Source: Malacoraja senta (lineage: Eukaryota). From it: a stretch of DNA of 64,000 nucleotides. The notes beneath the pieces were generated by a model. That model was not told the DNA's origin, made no database searches, and worked only from the letters and a program-made list of their open reading frames with translations. How positions within the stretch are numbered: position 1 is the first letter of the stretch; each line of letters begins with the position of its first letter. Below, piece by piece: positions 23,920-37,000 of the stretch. The stretch covers positions 19,282,001 through 19,346,000 of the forward strand of contig CM075981.1 of assembly GCA_038087875.1 (NCBI GenBank). The letters run 5' to 3'. Position numbers and translations under genes: made by a program.

Positions 23920-24679
23920 GCTGCCGGTGTCGCACGCCTGATGACGTCACGGACTTACTGCAAACAATCGGTGCCGTCTACTGCAGGTAGGTCCCGTCTT
24001 TTTCCTCCGTTTTCAACGTTTTTTTCATGGAGCTAGTCGGCGTGAGTCTCTCCTACTCCATAGCGCCACCGGAAGTGGGTATATATATATATATACACAC
24101 ACACACATATATATATAGTTATATATTCATATATAAATATACACCATTTTGTTTTCTTGCTTATAACATTGTTAACAGAGAACTATGTTTACATATTCTG
24201 TTGAGCTGCTGCAAGTAAGGATTTCATTGTTCTAACTGGGACATGAGAGAATAAAACACTCTTGATTTACTCCGCTAATGTGTGGGATAGAACTAGTGTA
24301 CGGGTGATCGGTGGTCGGCGTTGATTCGGTGAGCCGAAGGGCCTGTTTTCACGCTATATCATTAAATTAAACTAAAAACACTAAAACCAGAGGGAGTCTA
24401 AAGGAGGGTCTCTACCCGAAACGTCACCCAGTTTCTTCTATACTGCTGACCATGACTAATGTTTGTGGAATGTGCTAAGGTGACAAAAAACCACTATATT
24501 TGACAATGTAATTCTGTTGTTCAAAGAAGGGGACCGAGGACAGTCGAGTGTCTACATTGGTCACTTAGCTGGAATTCTCACTCCCTTCCATCGGCCGATG
24601 TTAAGTAAAGTTTTGAACTGGTCTACCAAACAGTTTGTGTGGTGTCTGTTTATTAAGAAGCGAACCTGTTTAGTTGTTC

Positions 24680-25335
24680 AGACAGGAAGCAAAGAGTAGG
24701 AGTAAACGGGTCCTTTTCAGAATGGCAGGCAGTGACTAGTGGGTATCGCAAGGCTCAGTGCTGGGACCCCAGCTATTTACAATATATATTAATGATTTGG
24801 ACGAGGGAATTGAATGCAACATCTCCAAGTTTGTGGATGACACAAAGCTGGGGGGGCAGTGTTAGCTGTGAGGAGGATGCTAGGAGGCTGCAAGGTGACT
24901 TGGATAGGCCGGGTGAGTGGGCAAATGCATGGCAGATGCAGTATAATGTGGATAAATGTGAGGTTATCCACTTTGGTGGCAAAAGCAGGAAAGTAGACTA
25001 TTATCTGAATGGTGGCCGATTAGGAAAAGGGGAGATGCAACAAGACCTGGGTGTCATGGTATACCAGTCATTGAAAGTAGGCATGCAGGTGCAGCAGGAA
25101 GTGAAGAAGGCGAATGGTATGTTAGCATTTATAGCAAAAGGATTTGAGTATAGGAGCAGGGAGGTTCTACTGCAGTTGTACAGGGTCTTGGTGAGACCAC
25201 ACCTGGAGTATTGCGTACAGTTTTGGTCTCCTAATCTGAGGAAGGACATTCTTGCCATAGAGGGAGTACAGAGAAGGTTCACCAGACAGGCTCGAAGGGC
25301 CGAATGGCCTACCCCTGCACCTATTTTCTATGTTT
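24680..25335 (+). mobile_element. CR1 RT fragment with internal deletion to the 3' tail
   Basis: LGVMVYQSLKVGMQVQQ...LVRPHLEYC...VQRRFTR, then a jump to the CR1 tail. Confidence 0.85.
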
Positions 25336-26138
25336 CACGGGTGATCGGTGAATGTATCTTTCCATGTTGTATCTCTAAACTAAAAACAAAACTTAAACTG
25401 TGATGATTATCCTGCATGGTGGATGTGGGTGCGGAGCCCTACCTGAATGGGACCAAGGGTGGAGAGTGTGGCAGAGAGCAGTCCCATTCAACAGGATTTT
25501 AATTTTCCCATGCACCCTTAGCCTGCCTGACTTTCTGCAGCCTGGACAAGTACATGTTCCATGTACACACAGATAGTGAGAGGTTGCAGCCTGTTAATAA
25601 TGTTAAAAGGGTCTGTCATTAAGATTTGGCTCTACTTAGCCCCTTGCTCCTGAACTATAGACAGTCAGTGCAGAAGGGGACAAGGACCGTCTCATCACTC
25701 TGCTCCTGTACATGGCCAGGCAGTGGATTAGCAAAGGTACCATCTGAGCTGACTCCACAAAGCTGAAGTGCATTCTGGGCAGAGGTAACACTTTAATTAA
25801 GCCTCAGTGGTTGCATAAAAAAATGGAGATGAAAGGTTTGGGAACAGAATAATGTTCAGTTATGTATTAAATCCTTCCAAGGCATGGATTAGATGTGGCC
25901 TCGTGCCTCTATGCCATAATCCCACACACTCCTGAGGCCAGGGCCGGATTTACGTATAAGCTTGACAAGTTTAAGCTTAGGGCCTCGAGATCTAGGGGGG
26001 CCTCGCAGAGCTGGATTTACCACTAGGCTTCATAGGCTGAAGCCTATGGACTCGAAGTCAATGCAGCCTCTGGCCAAGGAAGGACACCTGCTGTTCAACA
26101 CTGGGCGGGCACCCCTCTCTATCTCTCTCTCTCTGTCA

Positions 26139-26498
26139 GAGCAGGGAGGGTCTACTGCAGTTGTACAGGGCCTTGGTGAGACCACACCTGGAGTATTGTG
26201 TACAGTTTTGGTCTCCTAATCTGAGAAAAGACATTCTTGCCTTAGAGGGAGTACAGAGAAGGTTCACCAGACTGATTCCTGGGATGGCAGGACTTTCATA
26301 TGAAGAAAGACTGGACAGACTCGGCTTGTACTCAATAGAATTTAGAAGATTGAGGGGGGATCTTATAGAAACGTACAAAATTCTTAAGGGGTTGGACAGG
26401 CTAGATGCAGGAAGATTGTTCCCGATGTTGGGGAAGTCCAGAACACGGGGTCACAGTTTAAGGATAAGGGGGAAATCTTTTAGGACCGAGCTGAGAAA
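26139..26498 (+). mobile_element. CR1 C-terminal fragment abutting an L1
   Basis: ORF 26161-26523 contains LVRPHLEYCVQFWSP...RGHSLRIRG. Confidence 0.85.
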
Positions 26499-26504
26499 CT
26501 GGGT

Positions 26505-29500
26505 CCTAAAATTGCTGTATTGAAATATAAATTAAATAAAATGTATTCAGAACAAGTAATAAAACTTTATCAAAAAACCAAACAATTACATTTTGAATTT
26601 AGAGACAAACCACAAAAACTATTAGCACGTCAGCTACGAAAAATGGAAGGGGAAAAAATAATTCATAAAATTAGAACAGAGACAGGAGAATTATTAAAAA
26701 TGCCCAAGGACATAAATGAAAGATTTCTCCAATACTATCATAACCTTTATTCAACTAAAACTGTAGCACAAGCAGAAGGAATAGCAGATTTTTTACTAAA
26801 ATGTAATTTAAAAGGTTTAGATTCAAACGATAGAGAATCATTAGAAAGGGAAATTACGATAAAGGATATTGAGGAGTCTATTGGCTCTTTAAAAAATGGT
26901 AAAGCAGTAGGACCAGATGGTTTAGGCTCTGAATTTTATTAAAAAATTTATGACTTGCTCTGCCCACGTTTACAAAGGCTGTATGAGCATATCTATACTC
27001 AACAGAAACTTCCAGATACTTTAAATGAATCTATAATAACACTTATTCCTAAAGCTGATAAAGATCCAGAAGATCCGGGATCATATAGCGCAATTGCACT
27101 TTTAAATACAGATCAGAAAATATTAACTAAAATACTAGCGCATAGATTAAGTACAGTGATGAATAAATTAATACACCCTGACCAAACAGGCTTTATTCAG
27201 AAACGGTACTCATATTATAATCTAAGAAGATTATTTAATATTATTTATTCTAAGAGAATTATTAATGAAGATCTAGCAATAATCTCACTTGACGCTGAAA
27301 AAGCATTTGATCAGGTTGAATGGTCTTATTTATTTTCGGTGATGGAAAATATGCAGCTAGGGGAGAAATTCTGCACATGGATAAAACTGTTATATACAAA
27401 TCCTACGGCTAGAATATTAACAAACCAAAGGTTGTCATCTAAATTCAGCCTATCTAGAGGTTGTAGACAAGGATGCCCGTTATCTCCATTATTATTTGCG
27501 CTTGCTATTGAGCCACTCGCAGAAAGAGTTAGGGGTCATCCGGAAATATATGGGTATATCACAAAGGACACAGTGAATAAAATCTCTCTATACGCAGATG
27601 ATGTACTAATTTACATTACAAAACCAGAAATTAGTATTCCAAACTTATTAGAGCTAATAACCCAATTTGTTTCACTCTCAGGATACAGAATAAATTGGAA
27701 TAAAAGTGAAATTATGCCAATAAGGGGACATAACAAACAGATAATACAACAATTTCCATTTAAAATAGTAAATGAAAAATTTAAATACCTAGGTATTTAT
27801 GTAACTAAGATATATACATCATTATTTAAAGCAAATTTTCCCCCATTACTGAACAAACTACATAAGAATATTCAATACTGGAAAACACTTCCTATCTCAA
27901 TGGTTGGCAAAATTAATGCCATAAAAATGATTTTTTTACCGCAAATATTATACCTTTTTCAGACAATTCCGATATATTTGTCAAAAAACTTTTTTTTTAA
28001 ATTGGACTCCATTGTTAATGATTTTATCTGGGATTATAAGAATCATAGGATAAATAAAATACATTTGTGTAAATCAAAAATAAATGGAGGCTTGGTTTTA
28101 CCCAACTTTCTGTTTTATTTTTGGGCAGTTAATATTAAAAATATGAATTTCTGGTTGGAAGAAATAGATCAACAACCAGATTGGTTAAAAATGGAAAAGG
28201 AAGATTGTTTGCCTTTTGATATCGGTTCGATATTATTTGCTACATCTAAATTAAACAAAAAATTTTATAGGGAAAACCCTATAATATTTAGTGCCATACG
28301 AATTTGGAAACAATTAAAAAAGACATTAAAATTAGATAATTTATCACTTTTTCTCCCAATTGTGAATAACCCTTTGTTTAAGCCCTCATGGTTGGACAGG
28401 GGTTTTACACAATGGAAGAATTATGGAATTAAAAATATGGGACAACTTTACAAGGAAGGCACTTTTCTGACATTTCAGGAGTTGCAACAGACTTATGGAC
28501 TCCGAGGAAATAATTATTTCAGATATCTTCAACTCAGAGATTATGTAAAATCGAATACTCAAAATTTTCGAATTAGAAATTCAGAAATTCTTGACGAATG
28601 TTGGAATAAACATCCTAATACAGAAAAATTAATATCTTATATATATAATATCTTATAAGACAGTGACATTCCATCGACGGACTTACACAGACAAACATGG
28701 GAAAAAGAATTAAATCAAATAATAACGAAAGATACTTGGGAAGAAAGTTTACAACACATACATCAATGTTCATTAAATGCCAGACATTCTTTAATACAAT
28801 TTAAAGTAATACATAGGTTACATTATTCAAAAACAAAATTACATAAAATCTTTCAACATATCTTACCTATATGTGATAAATGTCAACATTTAGAAGCTAC
28901 CTTATCTCATATGTTTGCAAACTGTATAAAAATTAAAAAATTCTGGGTAAATATTTTTAGTATAATATCTAAAGTGACCAGCACACAATTGGACCCGGAT
29001 CGAAAATTAATAATACTCGGAACATTAGAATTAAATCAAACATTTACAACAACACAAAGAAACTTTGTAGATTATAGTATAATAACAGGAAAAAAATGAA
29101 TTCTAAAATTTTGGAAAGGCCCTACGTCCCCCACAATCAAAATGTGGATTATAGAAATGACGGAGACCTTAAACGTGGAAAGAAGGTCTCCCTTTATTGA
29201 TTATTTAAAGGGTCAGAATGGTTCAGCACAGGAACCTGACTAATACTCGGGCTAAAGAATGGATGAAATGCTATACTCTGAAATGTACGAATATATCTCG
29301 AATGAAGTTTTTTATTTTAATAAATTTTTCCATTCTTCTTTAACTATCTTTCTCTTTTGTTTTTTTGTTGTTGTTTTTTTTCTCTTTTTCTTCTCTCTCT
29401 TTTCTTTCTTTACTTCATCTATCTTTTTAGTTCTATCTAGTTTAAAAAAAAAAGGCAAAAGGTATTGGAGACAATGTAATAATAATTGATAATATTATCA

Positions 29501-29581
29501 ATTTAAAAATGTAAGACTGTAATGATGTTAATAGGTTGTGTACTTATCTCCAATAAAAAATATTTTCAAAAAATAAATAAA
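26505..29581 (+). mobile_element. 5'-truncated L1 (ORF2 RT to 3' end), with stops
   Basis: ORFs 26520-26942, 26955-28658 (QGCPLSPLLF, YADD) and 28911-29099. AATAAA and an A-rich tail at ~29552-29581. Confidence 0.92.
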
Positions 29582-29682
29582 TGTAGAAGAGCTTATTAAA
29601 ATCTTCTTACACTAGCATGCATGCCTTACAACAAGAACAAAACGATAAATGTACAGCAGGTGCATAAATCCTTGTAGGAGGT

Positions 29683-30439
29683 AGAAACATAGAAACATAG
29701 AAAATAGGTGCAGGAGTAGGCCATTCAGCCCTTCGAGCCTGCTCTGCCATTCAATATGAACATGGCTGATCATTCAACTCAGTATCCTGTACCTGCCTTC
29801 TCTCCATACCCCCTGATCCCTTTAGCCACAAGGGCCACATCTAACTTTCTCTTAAATATAGCCAATGAACTGGCCTCAACTACCTTCTGTGGCAGAGAAC
29901 TCCACAGATTCACCACTCTCTGTGTGAAAAATGTTTTTATCATCTCGGTCCTAAAAGACTTCCCCCTTATCCTTAAACTGTGACTCCTTGTTCTGGACTT
30001 CCCCAACATCAGGAACAATCTTCCTGCATCTAGCCTGTCCAACCCCTTAAGAAATGTATACGTTTCTATAAGATCCCCCCTCAATCTTCTAAATTCTAGC
30101 GAGTACAAGCCGAGTCTATCCAGTCTTTCTTCATATGAAAGTCCTGCCATCCCAGGAATCAGTCTGGTGAACCTTCTCTGTACTCCCTCTAAGTCAAGAA
30201 TGTCTATCCTCAGATTAGGAGACCAAAACTGTATGCAATACTCCAGGTGTGGTCTCACCAAGACCCTGTACAACTGCAGTAGAACCTCCCTGCTCCTATA
30301 CTCAAATCCTTTTGCTATGAATGCCAACATACCATTCGCTTTCTTCACTGCCTACTGCACCTGCATGCCTACTTTCAATGACTGGTGTACCATGACACCC
30401 AGGTCTCGTTGCATCTCCCCTTTTCCTAATCGGCCACCA
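29683..30439 (-). mobile_element. CR1 3' fragment with (TTTCTATG)n 8-bp tail
   Basis: ORF 29779-30348. Plus strand begins AGAAACATAGAAACATAGAAA. Confidence 0.9.
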
Positions 30440-33400
30440 GGTGGGGCAGGTTGACAGAGCAATTAATAAAGCAAATAGGATGCTGGACATTAACAGAGAC
30501 ATTAATATAAACATTATGTCATATAATATAATACATTGTTGGGATCATAAGAATAGAATTGTATATGGTTGTATGTTACATGTATATGGTTACAGGCATC
30601 ATACATTAGGAAGGAAATTAAGGCTTTAATGTGTGCTCCTCGTGGCATGTCGTTGTTCCCTTGGTATGGGAGCTGCACAAGTGCAAGAGTCTAGATCAAA
30701 GATCATAGTCCCTTCTACGATCTTTGGTCTAGATGTTCAGCTGAATTTGTATGAGAGGCAGAAAGAAATTACATTATTTAGCCTGCCCCATCTCTCCCAC
30801 TTGATAGCTCAGATAGTCAAGTCCTGGCAACGACTCGACTATCTAAGCTGTAGGGAGAGAGTGGGCAGGCTAAATAATATTTTCACTACACGCCAGAAAG
30901 TAATACATTTTTTCTCACCTTTCATTTTTCGTGGGGAACTTGAAGAAAGATTGGTCGGGTCGCCTACATTGGCGATTCGAGCAGTACGCTCCCCTTGTAG
31001 ATGTGGACGCCGCCATGACAGAAGCCGGTTGGGGAAATGGCATTGAAGATTACCCATCAGCTACTACGGCTTTATCGTGGAGTGGACCATCTTGCTCCGC
31101 TCTAGTATCTTTGTCCACCACACTCTCATGCGGTGTGGTCCAGTCTCCAACCACCCTTTGGGTGAAACAATCTTTTCCTCAGATCGCTCTTATTCCTCAC
31201 CCTAACCTTATTCCCCCTTACTGTGGACACTTCTATTGTGGGGTTAGGTAACATACTGATGAATCTCCTCTGCACTCTCACCAGTGCAATGAAATCCCTC
31301 CTTTAGTGCGGTGACCCGAACTGTATATAATACTCTCACTGAATTCTAATCAACATGTTATAAAGTTGTACCATAACCTCTCTGTTCTGTATTAAATGTC
31401 CCAGCTAATGAACCCCACACACAGGATGGTGTGCGTCCCTGGTGCCAGAGTTGGGGATGTGTCTGAATGCAACAGAACGTTCACAAAGTGAGGGGTGGGG
31501 TGGGGGGCGATGGGGAGTGGCCTGAAGTTGTTGACAGGTAGTAAAACGCTGAGATCCTGTGGACCAGAAAGGATTTACTAGGATGTTGACAAGATAATAG
31601 GGACTGAGTTACAGGGAAAGGTTGGCCAGTCTAGGAATTTATTCATTGAACGGACAAGACTAATCTTATCGAGGTATCTAAAATCATGAATAACATAGAT
31701 AGGATGACTGCACATAGTCTTTTTCCGGGTGTTGGGGAATTAAGAACTTGAGGGCATAGCTCTGAGATGGGAAAGATTGAACAGAAACCTGGGGGGCATA
31801 TTTTTCACATAGAAGGAGGGCGTGGAATATATATATAATACTGTATAAGGAATGCTGCCAGAGGTAGGTACATCGTAACATTTAAGACTTTTGTACAGGT
31901 ACGTGAAATGGCTTGGAGGGATAAGTCAAATTTTGGCAAATGGTAACAGCTAAGTTAGGAAGGATGAGTTGGGCCGAAGAGCCTATCTTCTTGGAGACCC
32001 AAGGAACTGCTGAATCTGATTTATTATAAAGACGTATAGTGCAAAGTGGCAAAGGGCCAGGATGCATGTCTGGACAGGTGATATTTCAGGTTAACACCTT
32101 TCTTCAGATTGATTGTAATAGTGAATTGGGGTTGGGGGGGGGGGGGGGGGCAGGCGGTTGGGTGGAGATATAGATAGCTGGAAGAGAAGTGGGGGCAGGA
32201 CAAAGTTTGGGAAGTGATAGGTTGGTACAGGTGAGGTGGGATTTGATTGGCAGTTGCATAATTCTCCGACATTTCCGCCATATTCAATGTGATCCCACCA
32301 CTAGTCTCATCTTCCCATCCCCACTCCTTTCCACCTTCTGCAGAGACCACTCCCTCCACAACCTGGTTTCATTCATCCCTTCCCACATTTTCCACCCCTT
32401 CCCTCGTTACTTACATGTGACACCTGCCCTATAATGTGAATGGTCGGCATGAATTAGGTGGGCCAAAGGGCCTGTTCCAATCTGTATCTCCTACCTAAAC
32501 TAAAATATAGTTAAATATATTAAAATATTGTAACCATTTGCTGTTTTTCTTGCTCTCATATTCTGCTTCCCCTTTCTTTATCAATGTCTTGATCCTTTGC
32601 TCAACTGTGAAATGTTTTGCAGTCCTTGGGTCTAATATTCATTGGTAACATTTTAAGTTTAAGTTTATTATTGTTATGTGTGGTGAGGTACAGTGTAAAT
32701 CTTTATTTTGCATGCTACCCAAACAGATCAGTTAGTCCATGCACAGACACAATCATTTCAAACTGAGTACAGTAGATAGAGCAAAGATAAAGATAGTGCA
32801 GAATATAGTTCCCAGCATTGTGGCACCAGTTTTTGACATTTCCTTTGATCTAATCTCTTTAATCTTATTAACCACAGTTGTCGTACTTATGTTTGTGTTC
32901 TGGTGTCGAAATCTTTCTAACTACTGGCTCAGTCTAGTTAAAAGGTGCCATTACTGGCTCCTACCATGTTTTTAAAGGGAGAAACTGAGTCAAACAGCCA
33001 ATCGCAGTGTCTGTGCTTTCAGTTTGCTTTATTCAGATATATTCACACTACAGTCGGGAGGGGGGACGGGGGGGTAGGGGGGGGGAGATGTCCGTCGTTA
33101 CAGACAAACTGGCAATTTCATCACAGAACAAACACAATTGGAAACCTTTGCAACTGCCGTTGGTTCCAGGAACAGTCCATTGTTTCTTGGGGTCATTGAT
33201 CTGACACAGGCTCTGTTCTGATCCTGTGCCCACGGTGTTATCCCTTTCCCGGTCTCACCTGCTCCACTCGCAGACACTCCACCTCCATGTTTCATTCATC
33301 CCTTCCCACATTTTCCATCTCCTCCCTAGGTATTTACATGTACTGTAACAAATGCCCTATCGTGTGAATAGGTAATCGATGGTCTGCATGGACTGGGTGG

Positions 33401-34023
33401 GCTGAAGGGCCTGTTCCACGCTGCATTTGCTACCTAAATTAAAATATAGTTTATCCTGTCTCAGTCGTGATGGTTTCATATCAACATCAGTCAATCATTG
33501 CCACTCTACAGATCTACAGATGTTTGTAAACATTTGCTGTTTTTCTTGCTCTTTTATTCTGCTTCCCCTTTCTTTGCCAATGACTTGATCCTTTTCTCAA
33601 CTGTGAAACGTTTTACAAACCGTGGGTACAAATGTTACAAACTTTAGTAACATTTTAAGTTTGTGTTTATTATTGTCACGTGTGCTGAGGTACAGTGGAA
33701 AGCTTTATTTTGCAAGCTACCCAAACAGATTAGATAGTCCATACACAGACAATAACTTCAAACTAAAGTACAGTAGATAGAGCAAAGGTGAATATATAGC
33801 GAGCAGAATATAATTCCCAGCAGTGCAGCTCATCAGTTTTAGTCCTTATTTTAAAATCTCTTTAATCTTATTAACCACAGCAGTGGTACTTCTGTTGTTT
33901 GTGTTCTGGTGTGGAAATCTTTTGAACAACTGGCTCGGTCTAGTTAAAGGGTGCTGTAACTAGCTCCTACCGTGTGTTTGAAAGTAGTTTCTCATAGTTT
34001 GCTTCAGATATATTCACACTTAA

Positions 34024-37000
34024 GGGCCTGTCCCACTTGGGCGACATTTTCGGCGACAGCCTGAAAAGAGGTTGTGACGCGGGGTGACGCATGTAGTGAC
34101 GCGCGGTGTCTCCCTGCCGCCCCTGGATTTTGTAATGTTCAAAATCTTCAGGCGACATCTGGGTGTCTTGTCATGTTGTGCGCCCTGTCACACGCTAACG
34201 TACGCTGTCCTGCGGGTGATGCCCGGTGACCCGAGTATATAAAGCGCCGACTTTCAAAGCTTTTTAGATTATTTGGCTGAAGATAGCCAGGGCCAAAGTG
34301 GATATAAGGAATGAAAAGTACAAAAGTACATAAATGTACAAAGTACATTATTAAGAACATCTGAAATGATGTTCTTTCTAATATGGTGAAAAAATAAAGA
34401 CATTTTTGTCTTGTTGAAGGTCATTGGAATTGATGTAAATTGTAACATTTTACTTCGGAGTCACGTGAGTGACTACGTGAAGAGCCCGTCCAGCACGCAT
34501 GCGCGACATTAGCGTTCACGCAGTGCAACAGCGACGACCGGGAGTACAGGCGCTCCCGCTACACGTCGGTGAAAACTAAACAGCGGACCATCAGGTAAGT
34601 CTTACTCTGTGGTCGTAATCAGCAAGCTGTGCTCTGCTCTGTATTCCAGAGGAACTGGGAAAATGAGCAGCACGGCAAAGGAAGAAAACCGGCCCCCGTT
34701 CGACTCCAACAGAACGGGAGTGTTCCATCAGTGGGGGGCGAGAGGCGGCACCTGGACCGCATATGCGGCGGTCCACCCTCATCGAGACCGAGCCGAGCCC
34801 AGTACCGCTAGCGCAGCCTGATGAGCGTCAGCGGGCTGGAGGAAAAGTTTAAAAAAATAAAAATAAAAAAAAAAAACGACCGGTTATGTCTGACTCCGAT
34901 GAGGAGGGTCCGCCTTAGAGCGGCAGAGCTAGCCGCCTGAGCCGAATGAAAAGGCTCATGGAGCAACTGCTCCAGCGAGACTTGCTTCAGGAGCTAGAGC
35001 AGTCTCGCCAGGGGGATCAGGCACTCCCACAGCAGTGCTCTACAAAGCACTGGCCATCGCTTTCCCCTCAAAGCAGGGCAGCGTTGGCGACCAGGGCTGG
35101 GCTGGTCAGGAACAGGGGTCATTGGCTGAAGATGTCGGGAGTACGCTTGGGGTACAGGATCAGGAAGAGCTGCTGGGTGTGGAGATTCGCTACGTGGTTA
35201 CACCACGAGCAGGGCGGCCATTGGAGCCAAAACTGGCGACCAGCATCAACCACCTGTCCCTCAAACCCCTACAAGACAGGTACTTAATGAGGCACTAGAG
35301 CTGGAAAACTGCAGTTCGCTCAATGTACCGGCTGTTAACAGCCAAATCTGGGGGGGGGGGGTATATGGGACAGAGTATCCGGAACCAGGAGCTAAAATCC
35401 TCAAGCTCCTGACGACAGGGATAACAGCCTATGCTCGTTCCGTGGATGGGGTGGATATGACCACAAACCAGCAAGACACTCTGGCTCTGCTGTGCAACAC
35501 CCAATATGAGATAAACAACCTCCGCAAGGAGAGAATAAGACCTGCCCTCAATCCCAGGTTTGCAGGACTGTGTAAAACACCGGCCTCAGAGCCGCAGATC
35601 CTGTTATTTGGAAGGACAAGTGAAAGACCTGGAGGAAGAGTCCAAAGCATTTGGCCTCATGAGGGCAGGCCCTGGAACGAGCAGACCCACACAAAAAACC
35701 AGACAGCAGTACCCCACCGCGTCCACCAGTCAAGGTCAAATTTATGGAACTGGTGAAAGCTCGGGGTCCGCATACTATCCCCGAAAGCCTTTTTAGGCCA
35801 GGGCCCAGAGCGGACCCCATGGAAAATGTGCCACCCCCAATCAGCAGTACATCAGCAGTACATCCAGCAGTATAACGACGGATGAACAAACGGAAGAAAG
35901 GAACTCTACCATAACTATGGAGGTAGGTGGGTCTGGTTTCTACCAGCATGTAAATGGGGAACTGTACTAACAGGAGGTGTCTCACGAATGATAGTTATAT
36001 ACTTAACAGTATTCGGGGATACAAAATACAGTTCATTCAAGAAAACATGCCACCAGTTCAGCACGTACCCCAAAGGGTCTTTACCCTCTCAGTCAAAGAG
36101 AACTAGAGGCTCAAGCAGAACTGGTGAGATTACTTACAAAGGGTGTCATTGAGAAATCCAAACATGAACCTTTGGAATTTGTCTCAAATATATTTACCAA
36201 AAGCAAAAAAGATGGTGGATGTCGCATCATCATTGACTTAACCTCACTAAATACCTTTGTTAAGTATGTACATTTCAAAATGGAAACATTTGTAACTGCT
36301 AAACAACTGATTTCCAAAGGATACTTTATGGCAAGCATTGATTTAAAAGATGCCTACTATTCAGTACCCATTCACAAGGGTCATCGCAGATACCTGAAAA
36401 TTTACCTGGATGGGGCAACTATGGCAGTATAAAGTGTTGCCTAATGGGTTGACATCAGCCCTAGACTATTTACCAAGATATTAAAACCAGTCTTGGCAAC
36501 ATTAACGAAACAAGGCATATTGTCATCGCGTAACTTGATGATATCCTAATAGTAGGCAAAACCATGGAGTTGGCTAAAATCAGCTGTATTAGCTACCAAA
36601 CAATTGTTTGAAACCCTGGGTTTGTCATACATCCAGATAAATCTATGTTGACGCCATCCACAACTATGGACTATCTGGGATTCACAATTAACTCAATCCA
36701 CATGTCTGTGACGTTGCCAAAAGGTAAAGCAGCAGAATTGGCACAGAGGTGAAACAATTTAATGGTAAGCAATCGACCAACCATCCGACAAGTGGCAAGA
36801 GTAATTGGCAAAATGGTAGCAGCATTTTCAGCTGCACAATTTGGACTCCTGCACTATCAGCACCTACAAAGGGCAAAAGTACAGGCGTTGAAACGACATG
36901 CAGGTCACTTTGACAGAACCATGAAACTACCCATTGAAGCAATATCAGAGTTACAATGGTGGATATAACATTTGGCATAGTTCCAGCCCTATCATCATCA

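Larger units (their letters stand above)
17936..24074 (-). mobile_element. Full-length L1 LINE (~6.1 kb) with 14-bp TSD
   Basis: 5' end ACTTCCGGTGGCGCTATGG, then ORF1, spacer, ORF2, AATAAA and an A/(TAA)n tail. GTGGGTATATATAT is present at 17922-17935 and 24075-24088. Confidence 0.93.

Noticed and set aside
30690-30733. 15-bp hairpin TCTAGATCAAAGATC...GATCTTTGGTCTAGA
   Set aside because: Isolated and probably internal to an unclassified repeat. Bacterial-style terminator logic does not apply to this DNA.
33098-33204. Triplicated segment with open frames on both strands (also ~39740-39850 and ~48100-48210)
   Set aside because: No recognisable domain, purine-rich sequence where acceptors would need pyrimidine tracts, and the copies are explained by the segmental duplications.
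6444-34483. Identical 37-bp DIRS ends in inverted orientation bracketing the V-C2 gene, as a possible recombinase-driven inversion switch
   Set aside because: Both YR ORFs are broken, the flanks show independent insertions into unrelated targets, and there is no sign of exchange.
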